64,000 bases of DNA, from the NCBI GenBank assembly GCA_965153455.1, contig OZ234493.1:18776213-18840212 (forward strand), read 5' to 3'. Source of the stretch: Sphagnum compactum (Eukaryota). The notes under the pieces are model-generated. The model had not been told where the DNA came from. It saw only the letters and a program-made list of their open reading frames with translations, and ran no database searches. This document shows positions 9,801-22,605 of the stretch, piece after piece. A program made the position numbers and the translations under genes. The stretch's first letter is position 1. Each line of letters begins with the position of its first letter.

Positions 9801-12800
9801 TGTATTTCAGGGCTGTGAGATTGTCTGTGATTCTTGGGTGGCACCTGAGAAAATCATGAAGTCTACAGATAAAGTTCATGCTGAATTTAGTACCTTCATC
9901 GATATGTCCTTCATGAAAGGTGAAACCAGGGAGCATATACATGATATCTCTGTATGCCATGCCCTTATGTCATAGGACCCATTTGTACATGTCAGATAGA
10001 GACAGGAAGACTGGAATAGAAAGGTAGAAGAAGAATAGTCATCAGTGTCCAGTTGACAGCTCAGAGACCAACAGGAGTAAACCTTTAACAGCAGAACCCA
10101 CCCTTGAGAAAATTCATATGCATAATGTCTAGAAGTCTAGCATTTAAGGTACCTCTGGTCCATGCGGGCCAACACTTGGACTAAAGAAACAAGAATGTTC
10201 TGAGGAAGCCAAGGTGAACAAATGAAGGGAAGACCCAGTGAAACACTGAGAGATTCTGCATTTTTGGAGAAATGAAGTACCAATGTGGTCATAGATAGTC
10301 AGGCCATGCTTGCAAATCGCAGCTGGACTTCTAAATACAAGGTTGATGTTTCATATGTCTTCCACATAGATTTTTCCATAGACTCACATGACCCTTCATG
10401 GCAGATGATATCGAGTGTGTTATGAACAGCCTGTTGAAGGTGACAGAAATTTCACCAACTCTAAAGGAAATCTTGAAGATGGTGGACGATCCATATCGGG
10501 CAGCTGTAGAGGATGAAGCTTATTCTGGCTCCCCTGGAAGGTGTGAGACTGATTTTCCATGGCAGGAGAACCATGGGGCTTTCTCAGGAGAAGATGGTGA
10601 GGAAATCAGTACAATTGACTCTCATTCAGGCTTTAATGATTATGAGGAGGGAAGGGGTTCTCTTGAAGGATTTCAGGATGTTGTGAACTCAACACCTCAG
10701 ATGGGATCTTGGAGTGAAGTGACCCCAGATCTGGATGATTTTGAGGTTAGACTTAGTCTGCCTTATATCTAAAGACACACATGTTGATGCCTCAATAATT
10801 TGGGTATGTTTCTCTTATATTCTATGTAAATTATCACCCATGGGATCCCAGAGTACTCTAGTCTTATATTCTCAGATGTGTAAGTAAGCAATGTCTATGA
10901 CTATCGGAAGTGCTGCAGGTTAGAATTGGTTTAGGATCACAATCATTCAGAAGTGACTGTTTCCTCCCCTCTTTCCTGTCTAAGGTGTGTGTTGTACTTG
11001 GACATGACTAGTATACTTTGGAAATACACCTCTCTTTTACTTCCAATTGTAAATTGGACCAGATGTCTTGCACCTGTGGAATATTAATTCCTTCTCCTCC
11101 AGTACCCTGTGTTCAGCCTTGGCTCTCCCTCACTTATGCAATTTCTGCTAAGTAACAAGTTTCTTTCTATGAAATTCAAGCCCATGAAGATTGTCCAGAT
11201 TACAGATGTTTGACCTTGCTTTCATACTTGTGCTCCCTTTCATGCTTGCAGGGAGATTTGGGTGATGGTGAGGTTGAGGACTCAAGGGTTGGAGACATCA
11301 TGAGACATGGGTCAGTTGAATGGCTTACGGCTAGCTTTGGTCAGTCCACCCAGGCGAATGCATGGGCTGGTCCAGACCATTGGAAATACCACAAACCTAG
11401 GGGTAAATGCTGCAACAACCCTTTCCTTGTGTTCCCAGCATGTCATAGAACATCTATGGATGACTGCAGAGTATATGCAAATTGTAATTTTCTGGTGTTG
11501 ATTTCTGTAGTGTGTCAGGTGTTGCCTTTTGTGCTCATTCAAGTTCCAAGATTCTTGTTATCAAGTTCTCCTGTACTCCATAAAGACCCTCTTTTACAAG
11601 TATCCTTCTCTCACCATTCTTTTACAACTTGCTTCTGAGGTGGACAGATGCTCAACATCGTATGGAGACTGTGGAAGTGGGATGCACTGAAGGCTCAAAG
11701 AAAAAGAGGAAAAAGCGGCAACATTTTGTGCTTGATTTTGAGAATCCACTGGAACTTGATATGTCTAAATTTGAGCCCCCAGAGAATCCTAACTCAACCC
11801 TGTTGGTGCATCGTGGAGGGTCTTGTAGCTCACTTCTCCCACCAGACTTGCATTATGAGGCTCTCAATCTTGTGACCCTTTTCCTTAAGCCTACTGTCCA
11901 GGTTTCTCTTGCTCCCTCTCTCTCATGCTCAAATATCAATCAGCTTGTGCCAAAACTGCTAACGTGGCTATTTGTGGTAAGTTTTGGGTGTTCCATGGAG
12001 GCATTCATTCAAGTTGAGAAACATGGAGGGATAATAGTAGCTATCCTAAAAAATGTTAATTCTACTTCCAAGGAACAAGGTCCTCCTGTTAGACAGGCCA
12101 AGTCTCAGTGGATAAGGGCTTGAGAAAACTTCAAGGGTTTGTGAATTTATTGAAGAGGGTCTTCTCTCATCAGAGTTGAAGGACCTTTGAAAAGAAATTG
12201 TCTGAGCCTTTTGACCAATTTGGTGCAATACATGATACAAAACTTTCACCCAACCATTTTCCATTGAAGACTTAGGTCAAAAGGGTTTAAAGGGTCACCT
12301 GACATGTCTTTTCTCCAATTTGCAGTGCCTTGGAAAGTGGGGCAGACCAAAGTCAGGTATAATATCTATGATCCATACCTTGTTCAATGTACTAGAATAA
12401 TATTCCATGCTTTTTGCATCATATTTCCATTCTGCAGATTTGGTGGTCTCTGATTTGGTGTAGTTCATACAATCATGACCTGAGCACATCCTAATGTCTA
12501 TGACTTCTGTAGATAAGGCAAGGCCAAAGGGACATTGTGCAGAAGATTATGATATGGACTCTGGTAATGATGAAAGGGCTCCCTTATCTGATGGTTGCTG
12601 GCCTGAGGAGAATGACCATGGCGAATTGGACAATCTCTTTGAAAATGACCTTATCAATGCACCACCCAAGGTGATTTTTCCAGACATAATATAGCTTGGA
12701 TTTGAACTTGATACCTGCATGCACTCCAGATGATGCATCATATTCTCATTCTTCCTGCATATATTGCTGCTCCCTGTTCTTGTCTTTGCTGTCAGTTCAC

Positions 12801-13512
12801 TTTTTTCATTGCTTGAATGACAGGTCCGAAGGATCAGCATTAACTATAGAAAAACATCCAAGCAAGTGGATGTGCATATGCTGAAAGCAACTCTGTGGGA
12901 AGGCCTTCAACACAAGCAAGAATGTGCAGTTGTTGTGAGTTGCTTTTAATTTTTATCTTTTCCAACAAAGGTGGTCTCTGTGATGCAGTTCAAGTTGGTT
13001 CTTTGAATTTAGAGTGATGATGGTATACTTGTGCTCTTTAAGAGAGTGTTTGACGAGAGTTAGACCCTGGAGAATGCTGGAGCAAAGGTGTTCCAGAGCA
13101 CCACTGATTATGGTTGTGACCTCTCTTGGGAGTACAGATATTGAGATGGTCATTGGTCGAACAGCATAACTCCAGAATCAGTTCTTGAATCACTAGTTGA
13201 GGTGACTTCTATACCTTCAAAATGAGTCACTAACCTGATGTTCTAGTCTCCCTGCTAATGTGTTTTGTGCAGGGAGAAGAGTTTAGCCAGGATGAAGGGG
13301 GAATTTCCTTTCAAGACTTGCTGGATTTCCTGCCTGAAGATTGTCCAGCTGCTGCCCAAGAAGACATCTCTGTGCATATATGTTTCCTATGTTTACTGCA
13401 CTTGGCAAATGAACATAACCTGTGTATTAAGGACTGCTCAACCATGGATGAACTCCGAATCTTTCAAGTTGACAAACATGCTGCACTGGCATCAGATGTG
13501 GGAGACGGATAA
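6811..13512 (+). CDS. CAPH: Condensin I complex subunit 2 (CAP-H/Barren kleisin), 13 exons, about 702 aa
   Basis: Exons with GT-AG borders and consistent phases: 6811-7062, 7723-7824, 8226-8346, 8800-8876, 9271-9334, 9713-9919, 10405-10745, 11252-11402, 11648-11901, 12326-12356, 12513-12670, 12824-12934, 13273-13512 (2109 nt). Motifs: CIKLAAENKITQRNTWDLKLID, TNFQKASCTLEAGVKIYSTRVDSVHTEAYKVLGG, VDPLFHQMSAQFDEGGAKGLLLN, WAGPDHWKY, INYRKTSKQVDVHMLK, CFLCLLHLANEHNL. Confidence 0.95.
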
Positions 13513-14599
13513 TAGATCTCAGCCCTCTGCTTGATTGAACATTTCTTGATGTATTGTGTTTCTGTTGATATTGTACAGTTGCTAAGCTGATGATGCAGAA
13601 GTTCTTCCTCGCATGAAAAGATATTGTTAAATCAATGATATTGCAGTTTACTCTTTCTTGCTTGGAGATCATTAAAATCTTTTTCATTGTGAACTGGAGC
13701 AGTTGATGCAATATGGTTTTCTGGTATGATTGTACCAAGGTTGACATGGTTCAAAGTTCAAAGTTTCTGTAAATACCTTTCCATAGGGAAATTTGGCACA
13801 ATCAGATTTTCATCAAAGACTACTGAAAGCATTGAGGTGTGCCTGGAGATGCAAAACTCTGGTATGGAAATTCTAGAATTCAGGCCATGTCATTCTTTTT
13901 CAAAATAAATGTGAGATGTTATTCCTTTCAATCCTCTTTCAATGTGTTAAATTTAATGAATGTAAGAAATGCTTCTAAAGCTTTTAAAGGAACAGAAAAA
14001 GAATAATATCTCTTTGAATTTGAATAGAAATGGTCCTGTTGTGAAGAGAACCAGACCATATCCCAATAGCAAATAGATGGGATTTTCCATTAGTTTATTG
14101 GGGAAGAAATTGGTTATTAATTATCCAATTGTGCCTCAGGAAATATTTAGTACTATTGTTGAATTCTAAAAATATTGTTTTGTTTGTTACTGAATGGAAT
14201 GAAAAGAATAAAAAAATTATGATTTAAGAACCTATCATGATATCCAAGTTTGTGAGAAGGAATTCTTGTAGTAATGGCTTAAGGATGGTTTTCAAATAAA
14301 ACTCATATACTTCCTCCCCTCCTCTTCAAAACCCTGGCATGATTCATGATTTGAAACAAAAAAACAGGAGAAATTAATTTAGATCGTGCTAAAATTTTCA
14401 ATAATGGGAAAAAGATTGTAAATACTTTGTGTAGTTGTATTTCATCCAATAATAAGGAGACCAGAAATAAGAAGGAAGCCAAAAAAGGAAAGAAAAACTA
14501 TTTATTTTTGACAGCCCAGGGTTTTCAAACTAATTTGCCTATTGGAAAATATGACAAAGCAGCCTTCTTTTTGGAATATCATGTAGCTGGGGTTCATGC

Positions 14600-14955
14600 C
14601 AGTGTTGGGTGGTTTTTAGAAAGAGGAACAGACACCAGACCCTGACGGTTATTGGGGATGTTCTTAAGCATTCATAATCATAGTTTCTTAAAAGTTAAAG
14701 AACCAGTTCTGATGTATAGCCATACTTCTCAATTTTCTTTTAAGAAAGCAAAAGAACCACCTATAGAACCACCAGTTCTTTAGTGGCGATTTCATGAGAA
14801 CTGCCAGTTCTTTGAGGGTTGTGAAATAACCAGAACCAGCAATTCTTTGATTCTGACATTTTTTCAAAATACCAACCAGAGGTGTCTGATTCTTAAATAT
14901 AGGTGAAGACAGAACAGGTGTTTTTTTAATAAATTCAAAAATCTGCATAACACTG
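14600..14955. mobile_element. Non-autonomous hAT-type MITE
   Basis: Ends CAGTGTT...AACACTG. 8-bp TSD GTTCATGC/GTTTATGC (7/8). GAACC/GGTTC-rich interior similar to the copies at 20089 and 59627. Confidence 0.8.
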
Positions 14956-15691
14956 GTTTATGCCTACATTTATAGTGAAATTCACAATACCATGTATTTC
15001 ATTTTCACTGTGGTACTTCAACTGGATATGGCATCCCGTGAGAGACAATGCCAGGGTTCTCTGTTGCATCTATTAAGATATAGAGACTGAACCGTTGTGA
15101 ATGTCAACACTGGGCTCTTTGGTTCAAGGAACAGACAGTCCAACCGAGTGAAGAAAGCAACCTATGATCATATCAGTTGAGCGAAAAACAAATCTTGGCC
15201 AAAGGTATTCACCTTATCACCCAAAAATGGATGTAAGAGTCAAATGCCAGTTTGCATGCCCATGAGGAGAGCAAAAGAGAAACACTGGCAGCTTCTTGCA
15301 CTGCACCCTTTCCATTGCCACACTATTGCTTTCACTATGTTGTTACAAAAGTATTCAAAATGCTGATTACTCCAAAGGAATGGCTTTTCACACTTCCTTG
15401 GAGAATGCTATATCTGTTTTGCCAGTTGGGTGTTTGTTGTTCAAACTGGAAGATATAGAAGAGAGTATTGCATTAGTGAGAGGTCTTCACTCTTACTCTA
15501 ATCCAGGTATCATGTTGGGTTGCTGCTGTAGCACAGACAATGACAACAAAGAACAGTCCTTGTGGCTCTTCACTTCCATATGTCAGTGCCTCTTCTCTTC
15601 CTTATGTGCCTGCCATCAATTTGGAGAACTCCAATCAATCTGTATACAACCTAAGCTGTGTTTTCTGTATGAGTTGGTATCCAAGCATCCT

Positions 15692-17868
15692 TTACTTGCT
15701 TGTTGGGTAGCCCTTCTTGAGCTTCTTGATGCCCAAATTGCTGTAGTCAGCAATGTTGATGCCCACATCCTCATCGAATTCAATGCTGAGCTCCTCCTGC
15801 ATCACTCTTCTTTTGGGTTAATTGAACAAGTCTGCAATGTCATACAAGGCTGGCACTTTGCATATTAGTTCCAAGACAAAAGCAAACCTTGAGTTGTTTT
15901 GAGTCCTCTGTCATAGCCTCAGTTATTGTCGCCCACAAATCTCTGAACATATTCTTTCTCTTCCTCCACATCCCCAACTTGAGATTATAAGCCTCTTCCA
16001 CTTGCTTCCGCTCCTCAGGAGCCACAAGTACTGTTCCTTGGCGCAATACACTCAACTTGGTCTCCATCTCACTGATCTGCACCCCTAAGTAGACCTCTTC
16101 TGTAAGTATCTGAGCCCCGGTACTGGAATAGATAGAGAGACATGGTCACTGGACATGGTCCAGCTTCGACTGCTCAATTTTATGACAGCACCTTTCACAA
16201 GATCAAAGTAACTTATATATAGCTATATTTCTACTTTTATGAAAGGAGAGGATAGGAGATGGCAGTAGTTGCACATCTCATGAGAACTAGAACCCCTCAT
16301 ATGGTTTCTATTGCCAGTGCCAACTAATCTTCTGCATTAGAGCAACATCTCAACAGTAGAGGGCATGATCTGATGATAGCCATGCATTGGAGCCATCCAT
16401 TCTTCACATGGTGTGCAAGGCATTAGGAAGGTTGAAATGAGGCACTCCCTGCATGAGGTTCTGGTGCAACTACTGGGATTCCGTCAGCATGGATGTGGGT
16501 AAGCCTGAGTTCCTTTGAACATGGAGTGAGGGAGAACTGTACCTCCACATTCAGTTTCTTTGCCTTTCCTCTGATTTGATCTAGTGTCAGACTTGTTTCT
16601 GTGGAACGAACTTCTGCAAAATTGTGAAACAGACAGAGACAACAGTAAGACTTGCACATATACATTGCACCCCAATACTCCAAAAATATGTGCTCTGGAT
16701 TTCTCCTGTGTCCCGTGGGTTTTATCCTGAAAGCATCACATCAGAACACAGGTCCTACATTCATAAATTGTCGAGGCAACTGTAGACGAACCTGCCTCAA
16801 GAGTGGTGACACAAGCTCGAAGAGCAGAGACATGAGCCTGCAGGCCATCATTCTGCTTCTTCATCTCATCTAGCTCATCAAGGTTGGGGATCTCAAACTG
16901 TGCCTGATTGGCAAGGTACACTTTCTGCTTTCCATACTCTTTGAAAGAGATCTTGGCATCAGCTGCTAAAGTGTCCAGCACCTTCTGCACCAATGCCTTT
17001 TTGATGCCATGCTTTTGCAGTGAATCTGACACACTTTGAGCATTCAAAGGCCTGTTTTGCTGTTGTCACACAAACCCCAAAACCCGCAAGCTCACAAACA
17101 TAGCAAATGTCTGCCAACAAACCCCTAACACACTCTAAATCTTCCACAAACTACCTCCACACTGCCGACATCTGACTGCAAAGGCTATGACAGCTATCTT
17201 CAAAGGCATTGGAAAATATCTAGATACTGGAAGCAAGTGTTTGCAGTCAGTTATGCTATCGCTGGTGCTTTCACGCCTAATCATGACACAGGAATGCTTA
17301 CAATGGTGATACTCCTCAGCTGTCTACATGCATAGTTAAGAAAGAAGCGGTGGACATGGGACAGCCATGCTCTGCAAAGCTGCATTGTCATGTGAATTAC
17401 TGCAAACCACTTCTTATGAATTGCATCTACCCACACTGCAATTCATTTGTTGTTGGAGCTTCAAAGGAACACTGCCATAAGAATTATATTCTGGTTGCAT
17501 TCCTGAACAGGGAAGAGAAAGAAAGGGTTGCTGCAAAGCAGCTGAGAATTGAGAGCTAGAAGGTGATAGCCCATAAGGTACCTCATTGACATATTGCAAC
17601 ACAATTCCTGCAAACAAGATACAGAAAAAGCAAAACAAGGATTCAGCAGTTTGTGTCCCCCTATGAAAACTCCACAAGCAAGAAGTACACATTAGAGAAA
17701 CCCTAGAAGACTATCACGCCCATTGCTAGCAGTTCGGAATGTGATGAATTTTTGACAAGAAATGCACACTCCGACTGGTTGCAAGACTCCATCAGGATTG
17801 ATAGAAAGAGGAAGGAGCAAGCCGAGTGCATAGTGCATACCTTCAACGCTGTCCTGCTTAGGCGCCAT
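15692..17868 (-). CDS. HOP2: Homologous-pairing protein 2 (HOP2/AHP2/TBPIP), 6 exons, about 228 aa
   Basis: Exons (-): 17868-17841, 17607-17582, 17059-16792, 16613-16543, 16076-15888, 15796-15692 (687 nt, phases consistent). Protein MAPKQDSVEGIVLQYVNEQNRPLNAQSVSDSLQKHGIKKALVQKVLDTLA..KEYGKQKVY..coiled coil..WRKRKNMFRDLWATITE..EELSIEFDEDVG. Confidence 0.95.
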
Positions 17869-20088
17869 GCGTGATAACACCCCAAAAGCTCCAAATCCTA
17901 CTAAGCTCTCTTCTAATCCATGAGCACCTCGAAGCTTTGTCCGATTCTCGAGCTGCAGCACAACACCCAAATCCACTAGAAAGCCCGCGCACAAAAAAAT
18001 TCTTCTGGGTAGAAGCTCCAACCTTCTCTTCTGTCTACTCTCAACTGGGTCTTGTTGGTTGCCCTAATCAGGAAGTGGACAGGAGAGCAGTCACGGAAAT
18101 CAATGACCATTTCAAGAGAGCGACAAAAGCAAGACTCATTCGTCAAGGATTGCCGCCCATTTTGAGCTTGTCTAGGATTCAATTCTTTGGGTCGGTTGGG
18201 ATCCTGCACAAACGAAGTTCGAGAGGCAAGCAACCAAGCTTCTTCTCTTCTCCAACCAAAAAATTTCTTCCTGGCTGGTGTGTGGGATTTGTCTTGTCAG
18301 GGAAATGCACCATGTGATCCTGACTGAGCAGCTCAAAGATGAAGGCTGAGGAGGATTTTCCAATGAAGAACTTCAAAGTCTACATTGAGGTTTTACAAGC
18401 TTTGTTGCTTGGTTTTCTGTATCCAGATCGTGTCAGGCATTTTACTGCTGAAATCTGGTGGTCTGATTTCCTTTGTTGCTGTGTGCCAAAATGTTCAATT
18501 GTAGATGATGACGCCATTGCACCTCGTAAATTGTGTCTACCTTGTCTTCTTGCCAAGCTTCAGTTCTCTCTTGGCATGATGGATCTGGACAAAAAGGGGA
18601 CAGCTGAAAGAGCCATCTCCAAAGTGAGAAGTCATGCACAGGTTACAACCATAGACACCCTGATTGTGTAGTCAATGAAGCAAAATCCCCACATTCTCAT
18701 CACCTGCACATATGCTGAGGCATTGTGTTTATTGCAAATTTATATGCAGATAATTTGCACATCTCAAGCCATCGCACTATGTCATCTGGAATTCAACATT
18801 TGAGGACTATGGTGGACTGGTGATGAACAATACCAAGAAATTTTTCTCTCTTCTGACAATGTCAATGGGTGAGAGAACTCATACATAATTGTGCTGATAA
18901 CATTGCATTGAAACTGTGGCCTCTTTCTTTGTCTGTGTGAGAAGGGTTGCCTGTTAACTGGAGTGTGCAGCTAACAGACCAAGCTGAAAGGAAAGATGAA
19001 GGCAGGGCTGAGTGGCAATTGCAGGCAGAAGAGTGGCCTTATGACAAGCACTAGGACAGACACAAAAGCATATTCTATACTAGAAAATAATGTTCTGTGT
19101 TGTCACTCCATTACAATTGTTTCTGTTTGCAGGACACTCATAATTATTCCATTTGTTTATGTGTTAGCAACGGTACTGATCAACCCTATTGATGATTGGA
19201 TTGCAGTATGCCTTTACATGCTGTTAGAAGTTCTGAGGGCATTGGCGAAGCATTCTTCAATATCAGTTGGTTGATTCTCTATCAATGGTGAGACCCGGAT
19301 GAGGGGAGTTGTCAACCCACAGAAATTGTCAACTTGAACACTCATAAACCTAGTCTGGGTATGTGCACTCAAACCCAATGAATGTTTCTCCATGTAGATG
19401 CAAATACTGAAAGTCTGCAATGCTAATTAAGGTTCATGTCTCTTTTGAATTGAGTACTTGAGTCCTTTTGATATGGTAACTCCACTGTTGACTTTTTCCT
19501 GCCTTTAAGATGCAATTGTGGTGCTTCCTTATCAAACCAAAACAAAATGACCCATGACACAATTAGGCAAGTGAAAGTAACTTCTATCTATCAAATCAGA
19601 TCTCTAATCACACAGTTATCATGAGAGAGCAAGTTCAGTTCTCACCAGGCTGCTGGGAGAGGTACGTACTCAGGCATGTGGGAACTAGGGTCTACTGGGC
19701 TCACCCAAGAGTCTTTTCAAGTGTCAATTGTGTTAACCCAACACATGGCATTACCATCCATTTGCATTTGCAAAGCCGCAAGTATCTGAAAATGATCCAT
19801 GTTGCTGCTGCATGTTGTTCATCCTTTTTTGTTTATCCATATTTGACTTATGCAACTTTTTGTTTTTTAATGATTCCATTGCTTTTTTCTTTCTTTTTCC
19901 TCCTCTGTGTTTGCAAGGATTCTGTACAACTTTTGAGTTGCTGCCTGATGCTAGAGTGTGCACAAAGGCCAGAGTGAACCAGCAGCACCCACCAGCACAC
20001 GATGCAGGATGGATGACCCATGGACAGGAAACACTCTTTTGTGGTATTCCTGCTCCATAGCTAACCACCTAGCCATGTAACTACTTGC

Positions 20089-20425
20089 CAGTGTTGTGCA
20101 GGTATTGGAAATGGTGCCCAACCCCAACTGGTTATCTGGGTGATTCTTTAATCTCATGACCACTGTTTGGAGAAACTCAGAGAACTGGTTCTGGTATATA
20201 ACCACCATTCTCAAAAAAATAATAATAATGAAAGATTTGCCAAGAAACCTGCGGTTCTTTGCTGGTTCTTTAATGAAAGTTGGTGGTTTTCTAAGTTTGT
20301 GAAAGAAATGGAACCATTGATTCTTTGATTCTGATTCATTTGAACTGGTGGTTTGTTGATTCTTGAATTCCAGAAAACCAGAACCAAGGGGCTATTGACG
20401 AAAATCAAATGCTTGCACAACATTG
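20089..20425. mobile_element. hAT-type MITE
   Basis: ~20-bp imperfect TIR CAGTGTTGTGCAGGTATTGG / CAAATGCTTGCACAACATTG. Interior resembles the 14600 element. TSD degraded (CTACTTGC vs GTACAAAC). Confidence 0.7.
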
Positions 20426-22327
20426 GTACAAACCATCCACATGTATCTGCTAACCTAGTTAGCCACCAATGCGTTACCCGCTTTCCTACATGCATAGTAA
20501 CCACTTATATCAAGGCTTGTCTCCATGTATGATCCACCAAGGTATGTACTTTTTGCCTTTATCTTACTATCATGTTTGCATAGGAAAAATCTTGCCCACT
20601 TTTTATGGTGGACATTTGAATCTTGGAGTATTCAGAAGTCATCAATCCTCATAGTAAATTTTGTGTTTTGCATGCCAGTGTTTTTTCTATGAATTTTTTA
20701 TGCAGCCTAAATGGCCATCATCCATGGGAAGATGTAGAAAAAGTGGCAATCCTTCCTAAGAAAATTTTAGCCAATCTGTCTATAAATCAGATATGGAGCA
20801 CAAATTTTTAATCCTCTTATCTCTATTTCTAGCTACTTATTGAAAGCAAATATAAGCTATCTGGTGATTATATTACTTCCGTTGATTGAAAACACCCAAA
20901 ATAATTTCATTTTTGAATCTTTCATTTAAAATTTTGCATCAGTAAAATTTTGGTAAAAATGTACTTAAAAAATTATTGCTACGAGATGCCAAGAGGGATG
21001 GAATGGGATGGTAAAAACATTTATTGCCTAGGGACATCCCTCCTAACAACCTTGATTGTAACCACATGCATTGAAATAATGGAATACATATAAAGTTAAA
21101 AGTTAGAGGTACAACTTTGAACTTAGAGGGTAAACCAGTTGGTGATTGAACACTTGAGTGCTCAGGGCAAGTCGGATCCAAGGTGAGGGCTCCATTGTTT
21201 TTAGAGTCCAAACAAACTTGAACCCCTCTTATTGGTGCATTAAAAATTGTAGAAAAAAAAATAAAAATCGAGAAAGTTATGGCCCCACAAAGTAGAGGGG
21301 GTCAGTAACTCAAAAAAACAAAGCATCAAACGTTATAGAGATTGGTTTTCGAACATCCAAAAGTTTCCTTGTATGTTGCTTTGTTGTTATTAGAGTTCAA
21401 AGATGATTTCAGGTGATGTTCTTATAACATTTTAAATTGTTGAAAATAAATAAAAAATTTATAACATTTGAAAATAGGAGGGGTCCACAAAGAATTTTTT
21501 TTGAAAAAAACACATTTTGTAAGTTGAAAAGCTTTTTTTTTTTCTTATTATTTTTTAATTATTCCTTTTCCTTTGCACTTCAAAGATGATTTCTAAACTT
21601 GGAGGTAATGCTCCTATGATGATTTAAATCACTCAAAATGAAGCACATACGATGAAAATATAAATAAGTGTTCAGTCATAGGTAGGTGATTGATGATGAG
21701 TCGGTTTACCTTAATTGCTAATTTGTGACAAATTTTTTCAACAACTGTCTAGTTCCCATCTATGTTGTACATGTAGGATTGGATTTCACTCGTCCATGCA
21801 ACAAGAAGATGCATTTTCATCAATTTGGTTATACCATGTTCTTAACATATTCCATAAATATTTGTCAATTTGATAGTGGGCCAATCGTCCCACATTTCAT
21901 GATAACTTCTCAAGGTTGCCACATTAACCGTATGTGACCCTAGTGTAGCTTAAAAGTTCAATTTTTGTTTTGTACCTTAAAAAATTAGTACACTAATGAC
22001 CACCTTCAATTTCAACCCTTGGGGCCACCAGCCAAGTGGAAAGCAATTGTTCTAGTACCTTGGTAGCTTTGACATGAATTATATTATTTTTCAAAAATGT
22101 TGAAATTTTCATAACTTTTTTTGGGAAGAACATAATTTTGTGAAGGAGATTAAAGAATCTTCAATAAAGTTCCATTTTCAACATGTAATTTTCATAATTA
22201 ATCAAATTTTCAATAGACGTGTTGAAATTGCCCTTGTACTATGGTATGAAGATTCACAACTCAAGGTGTTTTGATTTTGGAATTCTTTTCGAAAACCCTG
22301 GACTGATTAGAGGTTATAAGTTATAAC

Positions 22328-22605
22328 CAGTGTTGGTGAGTTATTGCTATTTTTGCAATAGCAATTTGGGTAGGTTATCACAAAAATTTCAAAATTTGCA
22401 TCTATTGGTTATCAATTCATTGGCAAAGTAATGCCCATGATTATCAATTTACATAGTTATTTTATTGATAATGATTGTTGGTTGTTTGTAGAGTTGGTTT
22501 TCAAGTATCCACTTTAAATATTGTTGGTTAATAATTGGCTGGTAAGTTATTAATAACCTGGTTGATAACTGGGGTTTTTTCTTTTTCAATAACCGGCCAA
22601 TACTG
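22328..22605. mobile_element. hAT-type MITE
   Basis: Ends CAGTGTTGG...CCAATACTG. TSD GTTATAAC/GTTATAAT (7/8). Interior has GGTTAT/ATAAC motifs. Confidence 0.75.

Noticed and set aside
15296-15868. 190-aa plus-strand ORF
   Set aside because: Non-ATG start, antisense to the last HOP2 exon and 3' region, and no recognisable domain.
17871-20060. Cluster of short ORFs diverging from HOP2 (e.g. 18339-18671)
   Set aside because: I found no recognisable motif or consistent exon chain. A non-coding transcript cannot be excluded without RNA data.
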